Below are positions 1-9,295 of a stretch of DNA of 64,000 bases, in pieces. A program made the position numbers and the translations under genes. The notes under the pieces were generated by a model. The model ran no database searches, had not been told where the DNA came from, and was given only the letters and a program-made list of their open reading frames with translations. How positions within the stretch are numbered: the first letter of the stretch is position 1; the number at the start of each line of letters is the position of its first letter. Location of the stretch: the NCBI GenBank assembly GCA_026129405.1, contig JAHCID010000010.1, positions 4,122 through 68,121 of the forward strand, in the 5' to 3' direction. Origin of the DNA: a bacterium. GTDB lineage: Bacteria > Desulfobacterota > Binatia > DP-6.

Positions 1-1148
1 TCGCCGACAAGGTCCGGGTGACGCTGGGGCTGCGGCGTCTCTGCGTGCTCTGGTATCCGCCGGAGCTGGACGACGTCGTCGACGCGTATGTCATCGTCTC
101 GGGCATCCCGGGCACGAGCCTGCCGCTCGACGCGCCGCCGGACCTCGCGGGGCTCTGCCCGCCGGGGCGCAAGCCGGCCGTGCTGCCGGCGCCGCCGGCC
201 GCGACGCCGGCCGCGGTCACGGCGGAGCTCGGCGGCGGATCGACCGTCGTGCTGCCGCTGCTCTACAAGGATCAGCTCCTCGGCGTCGTGCTCGCGGCCG
301 TCGAGCGGCCGCTCGCGGCGCGCGATCTCGAGCTGGCCGAGGCGATCGCGAGCCAGGCCGCCGCGGCGCTCGCCAACGCGAGCCTCTTCGAGACGGCGCG
401 CCGCCACGAGACCGAGCTGCGCAAGCTGTCGCAGATGCGCGTCCAGGTGCAAGAAGAGACGCTGCGCCGCCTGTCGCGCGACCTGCACGACGGCGTCGGC
501 CAGATCCTGACGGCGATCAAGCTCGACATCGCGCTCCTCGAGCGCAGCGACGTCGAGGACGTGACGGCGCTGCGCGCGCGCCTGCGCGGCGTGCGCGAGC
601 AGGTGATCGAGCTCGTGCAGGAGGTGCGGACGATGTCGCAGCTCCTGCGGCCCTCGATGCTCGACGACTTCGGTCTCGTGCCGACGCTGCAGTTCCTCAC
701 CGAGCGCTTCGCATCGCGCACCGACCTGGCCGTCGAGCTGCGTACGCCGCCGCCGGAGACGCGCCTGCCGCCGGCGCTCGAGGTGCTGCTCTATCGCGTC
801 ACGCAGGAAGCGCTCACCAACGTCGCCAACCATGCGCAGGCGCGCCACGTGCTGGTGCAGCTCGACGTCGGCCCGCGCGAGGTGACGCTCGTGGTCGCCG
901 ACGACGGCGTCGGCTTCGACGTCGAGCGCTTCCGGCGCGCACCGCAGCTCGGCGGCCTCGGGCTGCTCGGCATGCGCGAGCGCGTCGCGCACTACCGGGG
1001 GCGCATCGACATCCGCTCGCGGTCGCGCGAAGGCGTTCGCATCACGCTGACGATCCCGCTCGACGCCGTGGCCGACGGCGAGGCCACCGACGCGCCCGAC
1101 GGCATCGGCTTGACCGGCTCGGCGGGCGTCCGTAGACAAGCGCGGTGA
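1..1148 (+). CDS. sensor histidine kinase, NarX/LiaS-like (GAF + HisKA_3 + HATPase_c); 5' end probably truncated by window edge
   Basis: Translation has the HisKA_3 phospho-His motif (LHDGVGQILTAIKLDIALLER) and HATPase_c N/G boxes (EALTNVANHA, DDGVGFD, GGLGLLGMRER). An upstream GAF-like segment is present. The frame stays open to nt 1 with no stop. Confidence 0.85.
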   Translation, partial: ADKVRVTLGLRRLCVLWYPPELDDVVDAYVIVSGIPGTSLPLDAPPDLAGLCPPGRKPAVLPAPPAATPAAVTAELGGGSTVVLPLLYKDQLLGVVLAAVERPLAARDLELAEAIASQAAAALANASLFETARRHETELRKLSQMRVQVQEETLRRLSRDLHDGVGQILTAIKLDIALLERSDVEDVTALRARLRGVREQVIELVQEVRTMSQLLRPSMLDDFGLVPTLQFLTERFASRTDLAVELRTPPPETRLPPALEVLLYRVTQEALTNVANHAQARHVLVQLDVGPREVTLVVADDGVGFDVERFRRAPQLGGLGLLGMRERVAHYRGRIDIRSRSREGVRITLTIPLDAVADGEATDAPDGIGLTGSAGVRRQAR

Positions 1149-1198
1149 GCGAGACAGGGCGCGGCGCCCGCCGCCGGCGCGGGGGCTGACCGGCGGCC

Positions 1199-1588
1199 GT
1201 GGGCAGCAAGGGACGTCCCTACAAGATGCTCGACGTCGACGGCTGGACCGTCCTCGTCGGGCGCGGCGACGCCGAGAACGACGTCCTGACGTTCGAGGTC
1301 GGCGAGCCGCAGGATCTCTGGCTGCACGTCGCCGACTACTCGGGCAGCCACGTCGTCGTGCGCATCCCGCCCGAGGCAGGCGAGCCGCCGGACACGGTGC
1401 TCGCGCGCGCCGCGGAGCTCGCCGCGTGGCACTCGAAGGCGCGGGACGCACGCGGGAAGGTCGCGGTGCACGTCTGCCGCGTCGCCGACGTGTCGAAGCC
1501 CAAGGGGTTCCCTGCAGGCAAGGTCATGCTGCGTCGCTGGACCGCCATCAAAGTGTACCCTCGCGGCACTCAGTCCGCCGGTTTGTGA
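1199..1588 (+). CDS. DUF814 / NFACT-R-like domain protein
   Basis: 129 aa with protein-like composition. The pattern (DYSGSHVVVRIP ... KVAVHVCRVADVSKPKGFPAGKVMLRRW) resembles the C-terminal RNA-binding NFACT-R/DUF814 fold. Confidence 0.65.
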   Translation: MGSKGRPYKMLDVDGWTVLVGRGDAENDVLTFEVGEPQDLWLHVADYSGSHVVVRIPPEAGEPPDTVLARAAELAAWHSKARDARGKVAVHVCRVADVSKPKGFPAGKVMLRRWTAIKVYPRGTQSAGL

Positions 1589-1621
1589 ACCACCGGGGGC
1601 GTCGGTAAGCTCCGATTCCCG

Positions 1622-3517
1622 ATGCCCATGCAACAGCGGGGAACGACCGGCTTCGTTCCCGAAGTGCTGCGCACCACGGTCACGGTGGGCGGCGTCCTCG
1701 CCGCCGTCGATCTCTGGCAGGTGGCGGTGTGGAATCCCGGTAGCCTGCGCGGCTCCGGCGTCGCCTGGCTGATCGGGCTCTACCTCGCGACGGCCTTCGG
1801 CGGCGCGGTGGTGCTCCATGCGCTCGCCGCGCTGCTCGGGTGGCGCAACGCGGGCGGCTGGATCCGCGGCCTGCTGCTCGCCGGCGGCGGCTGTATCCTC
1901 GGCGCGGAAGCCTATCTGCGTACGCTGTCGCCGACGTCCGGGATGCGTCTGCCGGGCGTGATCGGCATCGCCGTCGCCGCGCTGGTGCTGCTGTGGCCGC
2001 TGACGCGGCTCTTCCGGCAGCCCGGTGGCGGGCTCGTCGCGCTCCTCGTCGTGCTGCTCGGCGCGGGCGGCGTGGGGGCGGCGCGCGGCTTCACCGGCGG
2101 CCCCGAGGCGCCGCAGAACGCCGCGACGCTCGCGTCCGGCTCGCGCCCGAACATCGTCCTCGTGCTCATCGACACGCTGCGGGCCGATCACCTCGGCACC
2201 TACGGGTACTCGCGGCCGACGAGCCCGAACATCGACGCCTTCGCCGCGGACGCCGTCCTCTTCGAGCAGGCCTTCTCGCAGTCGAGCTGGACGAAGCCGG
2301 CGATGGCCTCGCTGCTGACGGGCCACTACCCGAGCATGCATCAGACGAACCTCGAGCAGCAGAAGCTGCCCGAGTCCGAGACCATCGTGACGCAGCTGCT
2401 GCGCGACCAGGGCTACCGGACCGCCGTGCTCTCGGGGAACCCGTGGATCACGCCCGACTACGGCTTCGGGCGCGGCGTCGATCATTTCTACTCGATCTAC
2501 GACGAGCGCTTCGCACGCGTGACGCTCTTCATGAACGCGCTCAAGCGGATCTCGAAGCAGACGGGCGGCCGCAACTGGATATACAACAAGGTGAAGCTGC
2601 TCGTGCAGGGGGAGCTGTCGACGACGGCGCGCGACGAGGTGCTGACGACGGAGGCGTCGCGCTGGCTCGACGCGAACCACGACCGGCCCTTCTACATGCA
2701 CGTCCACTACATGAGCCCGCATCACCCGTACGATCCGCCGCCGCCGTACGACAAGTGGGTCCCCGACAAGTCGGCGAAGCCGGTGACCTACTACCCGAAG
2801 AAGAGCTACTTCCCGTTCGACGAGGGGCAGGCGATCCCGGAGGCGCAGCGCGAGGACATGATCGCGCGCTACGACGGCGACATCCTCTTCGTCGACACCG
2901 TCTTCCAGAAGCTGCTGGGCAAGCTGAAGTCGCTCGGCATCCTCGACGACACCATCGTCATCGTGGTCGCCGACCATGGCGAGGAGTTCTACGAGCACAA
3001 GAACTGGGGCCACGGGCAGGGGCTCTACAACGAGCTGATCCACGTCCCGCTCATCATCCGCTACCCGAAGGCCTTCCAGCCGTCGCGCATCGGGACGCCG
3101 GTGATGAGCGTCGACATCCTGCCGACGGTGCTCGAGCTGGCGAGCGCGCCGCCGAAGCCGACGGCCGCCGGCAGGAGCCTCGTGCCGCTCGCGAAGGGCG
3201 ACACGGTGCCGCGCAATCCGCAGGCCTTCTCCGAGCTCATCTACCGCTTCGGCGCCACCCGCAGCGTCGTCGACGACAAGCACAAGCTGATCCACAAGCA
3301 GCAGGACCAGCGCGTGGCGAGCGAGCTGTACGATCTCTCGACGGACTATCCGGAGCAGAAGGATCTCGTGGCGCAGGACGCGACCGAGGCCGCGAAGCTG
3401 CAGTCGCAGATGACCGACACGCTCAAGTGGGCCGATGCACACAAGGCGACGGCCGCCGAAGCGAAGATCGACGACGAGATGGGCAAGCGCCTCAAGGCGC
3501 TCGGCTATCTGAACTGA
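1622..3517 (+). CDS. membrane-anchored sulfatase-family (alkaline-phosphatase superfamily) hydrolase/transferase
   Basis: N-terminal hydrophobic helices are followed by the sulfatase core motifs NIVLVLIDTLRADHLGTYGY, SWTKPAMASLLTGHYP and VVADHGEEF ... NWGHG. Confidence 0.8.
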   Translation: MPMQQRGTTGFVPEVLRTTVTVGGVLAAVDLWQVAVWNPGSLRGSGVAWLIGLYLATAFGGAVVLHALAALLGWRNAGGWIRGLLLAGGGCILGAEAYLRTLSPTSGMRLPGVIGIAVAALVLLWPLTRLFRQPGGGLVALLVVLLGAGGVGAARGFTGGPEAPQNAATLASGSRPNIVLVLIDTLRADHLGTYGYSRPTSPNIDAFAADAVLFEQAFSQSSWTKPAMASLLTGHYPSMHQTNLEQQKLPESETIVTQLLRDQGYRTAVLSGNPWITPDYGFGRGVDHFYSIYDERFARVTLFMNALKRISKQTGGRNWIYNKVKLLVQGELSTTARDEVLTTEASRWLDANHDRPFYMHVHYMSPHHPYDPPPPYDKWVPDKSAKPVTYYPKKSYFPFDEGQAIPEAQREDMIARYDGDILFVDTVFQKLLGKLKSLGILDDTIVIVVADHGEEFYEHKNWGHGQGLYNELIHVPLIIRYPKAFQPSRIGTPVMSVDILPTVLELASAPPKPTAAGRSLVPLAKGDTVPRNPQAFSELIYRFGATRSVVDDKHKLIHKQQDQRVASELYDLSTDYPEQKDLVAQDATEAAKLQSQMTDTLKWADAHKATAAEAKIDDEMGKRLKALGYLN

Positions 3518-3699
3518 CCGGCGACGGTGCGGCGCGCGGGGGCGTGCCGCACGACGCGGCAGCGCCGGCGCCGTGTGGGCAACCCGCGGGGGCGGCGGGA
3601 TCGCGCCCATGCGGCGGGTCGGGGACGCAACCGCCGTAGGCCCTGCCGCAGGGAGCGATCGCCGGCGGTGCCCTGGGGGCGAATCGCGACGCCAGATGC

Positions 3700-3769
3700 G
3701 GCGATGCGCCACGCGGCGCGTCGTTTTTCATTGCGATCTCACGAAAGTGGTGCCCAACTGGGATGGCTT
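3700..3769 (+). promoter_or_regulatory. AT-richer putative promoter region upstream of the membrane LuxR-type gene
   Basis: cgtcgtttttcattgcgatctcacgaaagtggtgcccaactgggatggcttc is the lowest-GC stretch in the first 5 kb, immediately 5' of the ATG at ~3770. Confidence 0.3.
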
Positions 3770-4542
3770 CATGCGGCGTCCGCAGGCTGGCTCCTTCTTC
3801 CGCTCGTGGTGCGAATCCGTCTTCGGCTTCGGCTGGGATCTCGCCGGCTCGGAGCTGTTGCGCCCCGATGTCGGGCAGGACGGTGCCGTCGGCAGCGCCG
3901 TCCTCGCACGGCGCCGTCGCGACGACCGTGCGCTGCTCGCGCAGCGCAGCCGCCTCGGGATACTGATCGTCGTGGTCGTCGTCGGTGTGCTCGGCGTCGC
4001 CGTCGATCCGTTCGCCCATCGTCCGGTCGTGGGCATGCTGCTCGGACTGAAGGCGTTGCTCGGCCTCGGGGCGGCGTGGGCCTGGCGTCGCAGCTACACC
4101 GCCTCGTCACGCGGGCTCGTGCTCGGCACCGCCCTGTGGGTCGTCCTGGTGGCGGCCGTGACGAGCGTGTCGTCCGTGCTCGTCGACGAGCACGGGAGCA
4201 GCGCGCTCTTCTGCATCCTCATCGTCATCGCGACGGCGGGGCTGCTGCCATGGGGGGCGCGGGCGCAGCTCCTGACGGCGCCGGCCGTCCTTCGCCGAGC
4301 ACCTGGTCGGGGTGGTGGTCGCCGGCGGCGAGGCGAAGGCCCCGCACGAGGCCCTGTCCGACCGCGAGTTCGAGGTGCTGCGCCTGATGGGGGCGGGGGC
4401 GACGCCGTCGCAGATCGCGAAGCGGCTCTGCCTCAGCGTGAAGACGGTCAGCACGTACCGTGCGCGTCTGCTCCTGAAGCTCGGGCTCGAGAACAACGTG
4501 CAGCTGATCCGCTACGTGCTCGACGCCGGCCTCGGCGGCTGA
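3770..4542 (+). CDS. multi-TM membrane protein fused by an apparent frameshift to a C-terminal LuxR-type HTH
   Basis: An AT-richer promoter-like stretch precedes the ATG at ~3770. Frame 0 encodes 3-4 hydrophobic helices up to ~4270. Frame 1 (4282-4542) encodes a canonical LuxR/GerE HTH (SDREFEVLRLMGAGATPSQIAKRLCLSVKTVSTYRARLLLKLG). The upstream frame has a stop at 4273. Confidence 0.5.
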
Positions 4543-4555
4543 CGCGCCACGCCGC

Positions 4556-5005
4556 TCACTGCGGCGCGCCGTGCGGTTCGGTGCCCTGGACGACGCGCAA
4601 CGGGGCGAGCGCGCGGAGGCGGTCGGCGTCGATGGCGACGCCGAGCTCGGGAATGGCGAGCCCCGACGGCGTCCACTCCGGGAGGAAGAGGAGGGCGCCG
4701 GCCTCGGCGTTGTAGCCGAGCTGGACGAGGAGCTCGGGCTCGTAGGTGCGGCACGCCTGGGCGCAGCAGGTGAAGGTCTCGCGTACCCGGTAGAGGCCTT
4801 CGGGGGCGAGCGGATCCAGCGTGGCCGCGAACTCGGGCGACACGGTGTGGCCGGTGTCGTGCCACTGGGCGCGGTTGAGTGCCCAGGCACGCGGCAGGTA
4901 GATGCCGGGCCCCGGGTTGCCGTGATCGTGGAAGTAGACGAGACGCCCGACCGGTACGTGGCCGTCGAGCGCGGTGGTGGTGCGGTAGAGGCCGCAGGGA
5001 GGCAT
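4556..5005 (-). CDS. hypothetical protein (149 aa)
   Basis: The C-terminal 149 codons of the long minus ORF have protein-like composition (MPPCGLYRTT...VYFHDHGNPGPGIYLPRAW...), unlike the Arg-rich upstream part. An ATG sits at 5003-5005. No family recognised. Confidence 0.45.
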   Translation of the reverse strand: MPPCGLYRTTTALDGHVPVGRLVYFHDHGNPGPGIYLPRAWALNRAQWHDTGHTVSPEFAATLDPLAPEGLYRVRETFTCCAQACRTYEPELLVQLGYNAEAGALLFLPEWTPSGLAIPELGVAIDADRLRALAPLRVVQGTEPHGAPQ

Positions 5006-5151
5006 GGCTCCACCATGCCCGAGATGCGCCGGTCGCTGAAGCGTTCGGGGGCCTCGACGACCGGAGGACCATGGCGCCGCCCTCGCGCGACGGGTCGTCG
5101 AGGTGCGCGGGCGACCGCGTGCGGCGCCGCCGCGGCGTCCAGGTCGGCGGC

Positions 5152-5988
5152 TCAGGGTGTCGGGCGACAGACGACCTCGAAGAGCTCGTTCGTCTCCTCG
5201 CCGACGCCGCCGCAGACGACCGAGTAGGCCCCCCTGGCGACGTTCTCCAGCCCGCCGCCGACGACCGCGGCCTCGCCGCGCGCCACGTTGCCGTCTCCGC
5301 CGGTGACGACGGCGGCCCCACCCGGCGCGCTGTTGCCGCGGCCGCCGACGACCACCGCCTGGTCGCCGAGCACCACCGCGTCGCTGCCCGCCGTGACGGC
5401 GGCGGCGACGCCGCGTGCGCGGTTGCGGTAGCCGCCGGTCGTGGCCGCCAGCGCGCCGCTGACGACGTTCTCGAGGCCGCCGAGTGCCGCCCCGCCTTCG
5501 CCGCTGACGGTGTTTACCTGCCCACCGACGATCCCGCCCGTGCTCGGGTAGCGGTTGGCCGGCCCGACCACGACGTTGTGCGATCCGGTCTTGTCCGCGA
5601 CGTTGCACACGCCGCTGGCGGCACATGGCGCGCCGGCGGTGGTGCAGGTGCCGACGACGGCGCCGTCCTCGATGCAGCGGCCCTCGTCGTAGCCGACGAT
5701 CAGATTGCCGCGCCCGTTGGAGGCACCGTAGGTGCTTCCGGAGCCGTCGACGATCTGGAGGTTGGCGCCCTGGACGAGCACCGTCGTCTCGCCATTCGCG
5801 AAGCTCAGCGGCAGGGCCTTCTCGCGGGCGCGGCACGCCGCGCGCAGTCGGATGGAGGCTCCGTTGCGCACCGCGCCGGTGGGGCCGTCGACGCGCACGC
5901 AGAGCTGGACGGCGTCGGCCGCGCTGGCGCTCAGCAGGACGGAGAGCAGGCACCAGGGCAGCATCGTACGACGGGTCCGCATCCCCAC
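5152..5988 (-). CDS. secreted Gly-rich repeat protein with Hep_Hag/YadA-head-like heptad repeats
   Basis: Signal-peptide-like N-terminus (MRTRRTMLPWCLLSVLLSASAADA). Repeated G-x-x-N-x-V-x-G units (GNLIVG, HNVVVG, ENVVSG, GNVARGEAAVVGGG, ENVARGAYSVV) are typical of left-handed beta-roll adhesin heads. Confidence 0.6.
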   Translation of the reverse strand: MGMRTRRTMLPWCLLSVLLSASAADAVQLCVRVDGPTGAVRNGASIRLRAACRAREKALPLSFANGETTVLVQGANLQIVDGSGSTYGASNGRGNLIVGYDEGRCIEDGAVVGTCTTAGAPCAASGVCNVADKTGSHNVVVGPANRYPSTGGIVGGQVNTVSGEGGAALGGLENVVSGALAATTGGYRNRARGVAAAVTAGSDAVVLGDQAVVVGGRGNSAPGGAAVVTGGDGNVARGEAAVVGGGLENVARGAYSVVCGGVGEETNELFEVVCRPTP

Positions 5989-6120
5989 CTAGGGAAGCAA
6001 GCTGGATGCCAGGGCGCGGTACGCGCGCTGGGGCATGGCGTCTGGCTCGCGTGCAGTCGCTTGCAGGTGCGCGCGCTTCGGCACCCGGGCGCCGGGCCGT
6101 TGGTCGCAGAGCATCGCCGG

Positions 6121-8775
6121 CTAGCGCCCGCAGGCCCGCCGCGCGAGGTACACGCCGGTGGTGCCGTCGCGATCGTCTTCCCACGCGACCAGGCAGCGCC
6201 GCTGCTTCCCGCGCCCCGCGAGCGCCAACGACGGGCGGCTCTGATGGCTCGGCCCCGTGCCCGTGTCGTCGACACGCTCCGACGCGCCCCAGGTCGTGCC
6301 CCCGTCGGTGCTGCGCGCGAAGAAGACGTCGGCATTGCCGAGGCGATCGTCCTGCCAGGCTGCGAAGACCGTGCCCTTCGCCAGCGCCAGCGACGGCAGC
6401 CACTGGCTCGTCGGCGTGTCGCGGTTCGGGTCGAAGTCCACGCGCGAGTCGTCGATCTGGACGTTGGCGGCGAAGGTGGCACCGGCGTCGGTGCTCACCG
6501 CGGCGAACAGGTTCGGGTCGGCCTCGCGCGCACGGACGTCCGTCCACCCCACGACGACGCGGCCCTGGCCGTCGGCGACGACGGACGGCGTGTCGTGGAT
6601 GCGCTCGTAGGCCGGGAAGTCGTCGAGGCGCACGTTGGCGCCGAAGGTGGCGCCGGCGTCGTCGCTGCGCGCCAGGTAGACGTCCCAGTTGTTGCTGCGG
6701 AAGTCGACCCAGGCGATCCACACCTGCCGCCCGGCGGCGGCGATGGTGGGCGCCCACTTGTTGTCCTGGTGGGTCGAGAGCGGGACCGGGGCACCCTGAT
6801 CGACGCGCACCGCCGGTGCGAAGCGGTCGTTCGCGACGGCGCGCGCGACATAGACGTGCTCGAACGCCTCGCCCTCGGGCCCGGGGTCGCGCTCGTCGAT
6901 CCAGGTGACGACGGGCGTCGTGCCGGCGAAGGCGATTGCCGGCAGCCACTTGCCGGCGGTGTCGTCGTCGTCGACCCGCACCGCGGCGCCTTTGGCGCGG
7001 CCGCGGGCGTCGAGCCAGCGCAGCATGATGCGGCCGCGGTCGTCGCTGCGTCCGTCGGCGAACTCCTGCCACACGACGGCGACCCGCTTGCCCCGCACCG
7101 CGATGGCCGGAAACGTCTCGTGGACGCTGCCGCGGGCGTTGCCGCTGACGCGGATCGGTGCGCCGAAGCGGGCGCCGCCGTGCTTGCCGACGGCGAGGAA
7201 GACGTTGGGCAGCTCGCCCGCGGATGCCTCGTGCCACACGACGAAGACGCGCTTGCCGCGCGTCGCCACGCGCGGCGCGCGGCGGGCCGGCCCGCCCGCG
7301 GACGTCACACGAACGCTCGCCGAGAAGTGCGGCGGCGTCTCGCGGGTGGCGTCGACGGCGCCGGTGCCGTCGCCGTCGGGCAGGGTCACGTCGTGCCAGA
7401 CCACGGCTTCGCGGTAGCCGTTCTCGCAGGCTCCGGGGACGCGCGGGCCGGGGCAGGGTATGCCCGAGCCGGGGAGCAGGTGGGCTCCCTGTGCGGCCAG
7501 CTGCGCGCGGCGCTGCGCCAGCGTCAGGCTGGGGTCGCCGAGCCCGGGATCGGGCACGATCCACGGCGCGATCGCGCGGAACCCGGTGTCGGGATTCTGG
7601 CCGATCCAGGCGTTCTCGGCCCCGAGCGGGCCGGGCAGCGTCTTGGTGCGCCGGCCGAGGATCGCCGACTGGCCGTCGAAGGTGATGTCGAGCAGGTTGC
7701 CGGTGAGGCTGGCGTTCACGTTCGCCGCCCAGCCGGGATTGCGCTGGAGGTTCGCGAAGCCGCCCTCCTTGAAGACGTCGGGCGACCACTCGGCGGTGTC
7801 GTAGGCCCACGAGCTGAAGGCCTCGGGCTGGAGGATCAGGTTGGCACCCTTGGCGGCGAAGCGCGCGTTGACGTCGGGCATCCATGCGTCCTTCGAGATC
7901 ACGATCGCGAGCCGGCCGACCGGGGTATCGAGCACCTCCAGGTCGCGGACGGGGCCGGCGCCGAGGGCGAGGCCGAGCGGCTCGCCGGGCGGCGGTTGCT
8001 CGATCGGCGTCAGATAGGCCTTGTCCGTCGAGCCACGGATGACGCCGCCGGTCTCCGCGGGCGCGCGCAGGGTGCCGCCGTGGCCGTCGGGCACGAGGAT
8101 CGCGCCGTCGGGCGCGAACACGTACGTGGAGTTCACCGGCCGCGCCGACGTCGCCTCGTAGGCGTACGTCCGCTCCGGCTCGTCCGGATCGCGCAGGAGG
8201 TCGACGAGCGCAGGATCGGCCGCCGCATCGATGCGGCGGGCGGGGGCCAGATCGGCGCAGGCGGCGATGTGGACGCCGTGCGCGACCGCGAGCTCGCGGA
8301 AGGTCTCCGTGAAGGCGCGGTGGAGCGTATCGGTCAGGGCGAGGACGAGGTAGCGCACCGGCGGCTGGCCCGGGTACTTCGCCTGGTAGTGCGCCACCTG
8401 GGCGCCGTAGGGCTCGAACAGGCTCGCGATCGCGAGCGGCGCCGAGGCCTGGAGCCGCGCGCCGGCGCCGCGGCTGCCGATGAAGGCGGCGATCAGCCCG
8501 ACGCTCTCGGGGAACACGACGAGCGCGTGCTCGGGCGCGAGCGGATCGACGGCCCGAAGGTGGCTGGCGACGTCGTCGACGCCCGCCTGCACGAGGCTCG
8601 CCCGCTGCGGATGCGCGGCGTCCATGAGCGCCGCCATCTTGTCGCGGAACGACTGGTAGGTGAGCGCGTCGTCGAGCCGCTGCGCGTTGCCGACGGCGAA
8701 GATGCGCACGCTCGCCGCGTGCGCGGGGACGAGCGAGACGGCGAAGAGCAGGGCGACGAGCCACGACCGGCGCAT
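6121..8775 (-). CDS. secreted BNR/Asp-box repeat (sialidase-like beta-propeller) protein with N-terminal hydrolase-like domain
   Basis: Signal peptide MRRSWLVALLFAVSLVPAHAAS. The N-terminal domain has a CN-hydrolase-like ...VVFPE... and ...IVISKDAW... signature. The C-terminal half has multiple S-x-D-x-G-x-T-[WF] Asp-box repeats (STDGGTTWG, SDDAGATFG, STDAGATFA). Confidence 0.8.
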   Translation of the reverse strand: MRRSWLVALLFAVSLVPAHAASVRIFAVGNAQRLDDALTYQSFRDKMAALMDAAHPQRASLVQAGVDDVASHLRAVDPLAPEHALVVFPESVGLIAAFIGSRGAGARLQASAPLAIASLFEPYGAQVAHYQAKYPGQPPVRYLVLALTDTLHRAFTETFRELAVAHGVHIAACADLAPARRIDAAADPALVDLLRDPDEPERTYAYEATSARPVNSTYVFAPDGAILVPDGHGGTLRAPAETGGVIRGSTDKAYLTPIEQPPPGEPLGLALGAGPVRDLEVLDTPVGRLAIVISKDAWMPDVNARFAAKGANLILQPEAFSSWAYDTAEWSPDVFKEGGFANLQRNPGWAANVNASLTGNLLDITFDGQSAILGRRTKTLPGPLGAENAWIGQNPDTGFRAIAPWIVPDPGLGDPSLTLAQRRAQLAAQGAHLLPGSGIPCPGPRVPGACENGYREAVVWHDVTLPDGDGTGAVDATRETPPHFSASVRVTSAGGPARRAPRVATRGKRVFVVWHEASAGELPNVFLAVGKHGGARFGAPIRVSGNARGSVHETFPAIAVRGKRVAVVWQEFADGRSDDRGRIMLRWLDARGRAKGAAVRVDDDDTAGKWLPAIAFAGTTPVVTWIDERDPGPEGEAFEHVYVARAVANDRFAPAVRVDQGAPVPLSTHQDNKWAPTIAAAGRQVWIAWVDFRSNNWDVYLARSDDAGATFGANVRLDDFPAYERIHDTPSVVADGQGRVVVGWTDVRAREADPNLFAAVSTDAGATFAANVQIDDSRVDFDPNRDTPTSQWLPSLALAKGTVFAAWQDDRLGNADVFFARSTDGGTTWGASERVDDTGTGPSHQSRPSLALAGRGKQRRCLVAWEDDRDGTTGVYLARRACGR

Positions 8776-8837
8776 CGCGCGACCCTAGCGTCGCCGTCGC
8801 GCCAGCGGCAAGACCGGCCGGTCGCGCCGGCAGTGCC

Positions 8838-9095
8838 TCAGTGCAGCGGGTGGTACGGGCCCTGGAGGACGCCGAGCACCGTCAGACCGTCCTCGTCGTC
8901 GACGTAGTAGAGGATGTAGTAGTCGTCGATCGCGAGGTAGTGGCAGCCGCCGACGCCCTGGAGCTCCGACGACCCCGGCGGATGCGGATCGTCGGCGAGC
9001 TGGATGATCGCCTCGCCGATTGCCCGGAGCGGCGTCTGCGGGACGAGCTCGAGCTCACGGTAGGCGCTGTACGTGATGTTGAGCTTCCCCGTCAT
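8838..9095 (-). CDS. type II toxin-antitoxin system ParE/RelE-family toxin (apparently orphan)
   Basis: 85-aa product MTGKLNITYSAYRELELVPQTPLRAIGEAIIQLADDPHPPGSSELQGVGGCHYLAIDDYYILYYVDDEDGLTVLGVLQGP matches the ParE/RelE fold pattern (...DP.PPGS..L.G......L.IDDYRIIY.VDDED..V.VL...). Start chosen at the internal ATG of the 105-aa ORF. Confidence 0.7.
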   Translation of the reverse strand: MTGKLNITYSAYRELELVPQTPLRAIGEAIIQLADDPHPPGSSELQGVGGCHYLAIDDYYILYYVDDEDGLTVLGVLQGPYHPLH

Positions 9096-9295
9096 ACAGT
9101 CGGGAGAGCTATCGGCACCGCACGCGACGGGCTTGAGTGTGGGAAGCCCGGTCACGCACCTGCCTTACAGGCATGCCTTGCGCGCCGCTGCGGCAGCCTC
9201 GCCTTGCGTTTCTGGAGGTGCGTCAGTACCTTGACGCGCGTTGCGGGATGACGCGGGTGGAGCGGACGCGGGTGCTCGAAAGGGGTGCGCATCGA

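Noticed and set aside
4556-8764. 1402-aa minus-strand ORF and the overlapping 1342-aa plus-strand ORF (4879-8907)
   Set aside because: Translations are Arg/Ala/Gly/Pro low-complexity strings typical of off-frame or antisense reading in 70% GC DNA. They overlap the well-supported BNR and Hep_Hag-like genes. Only the last 149 codons of the minus ORF are protein-like and were kept as a separate gene.
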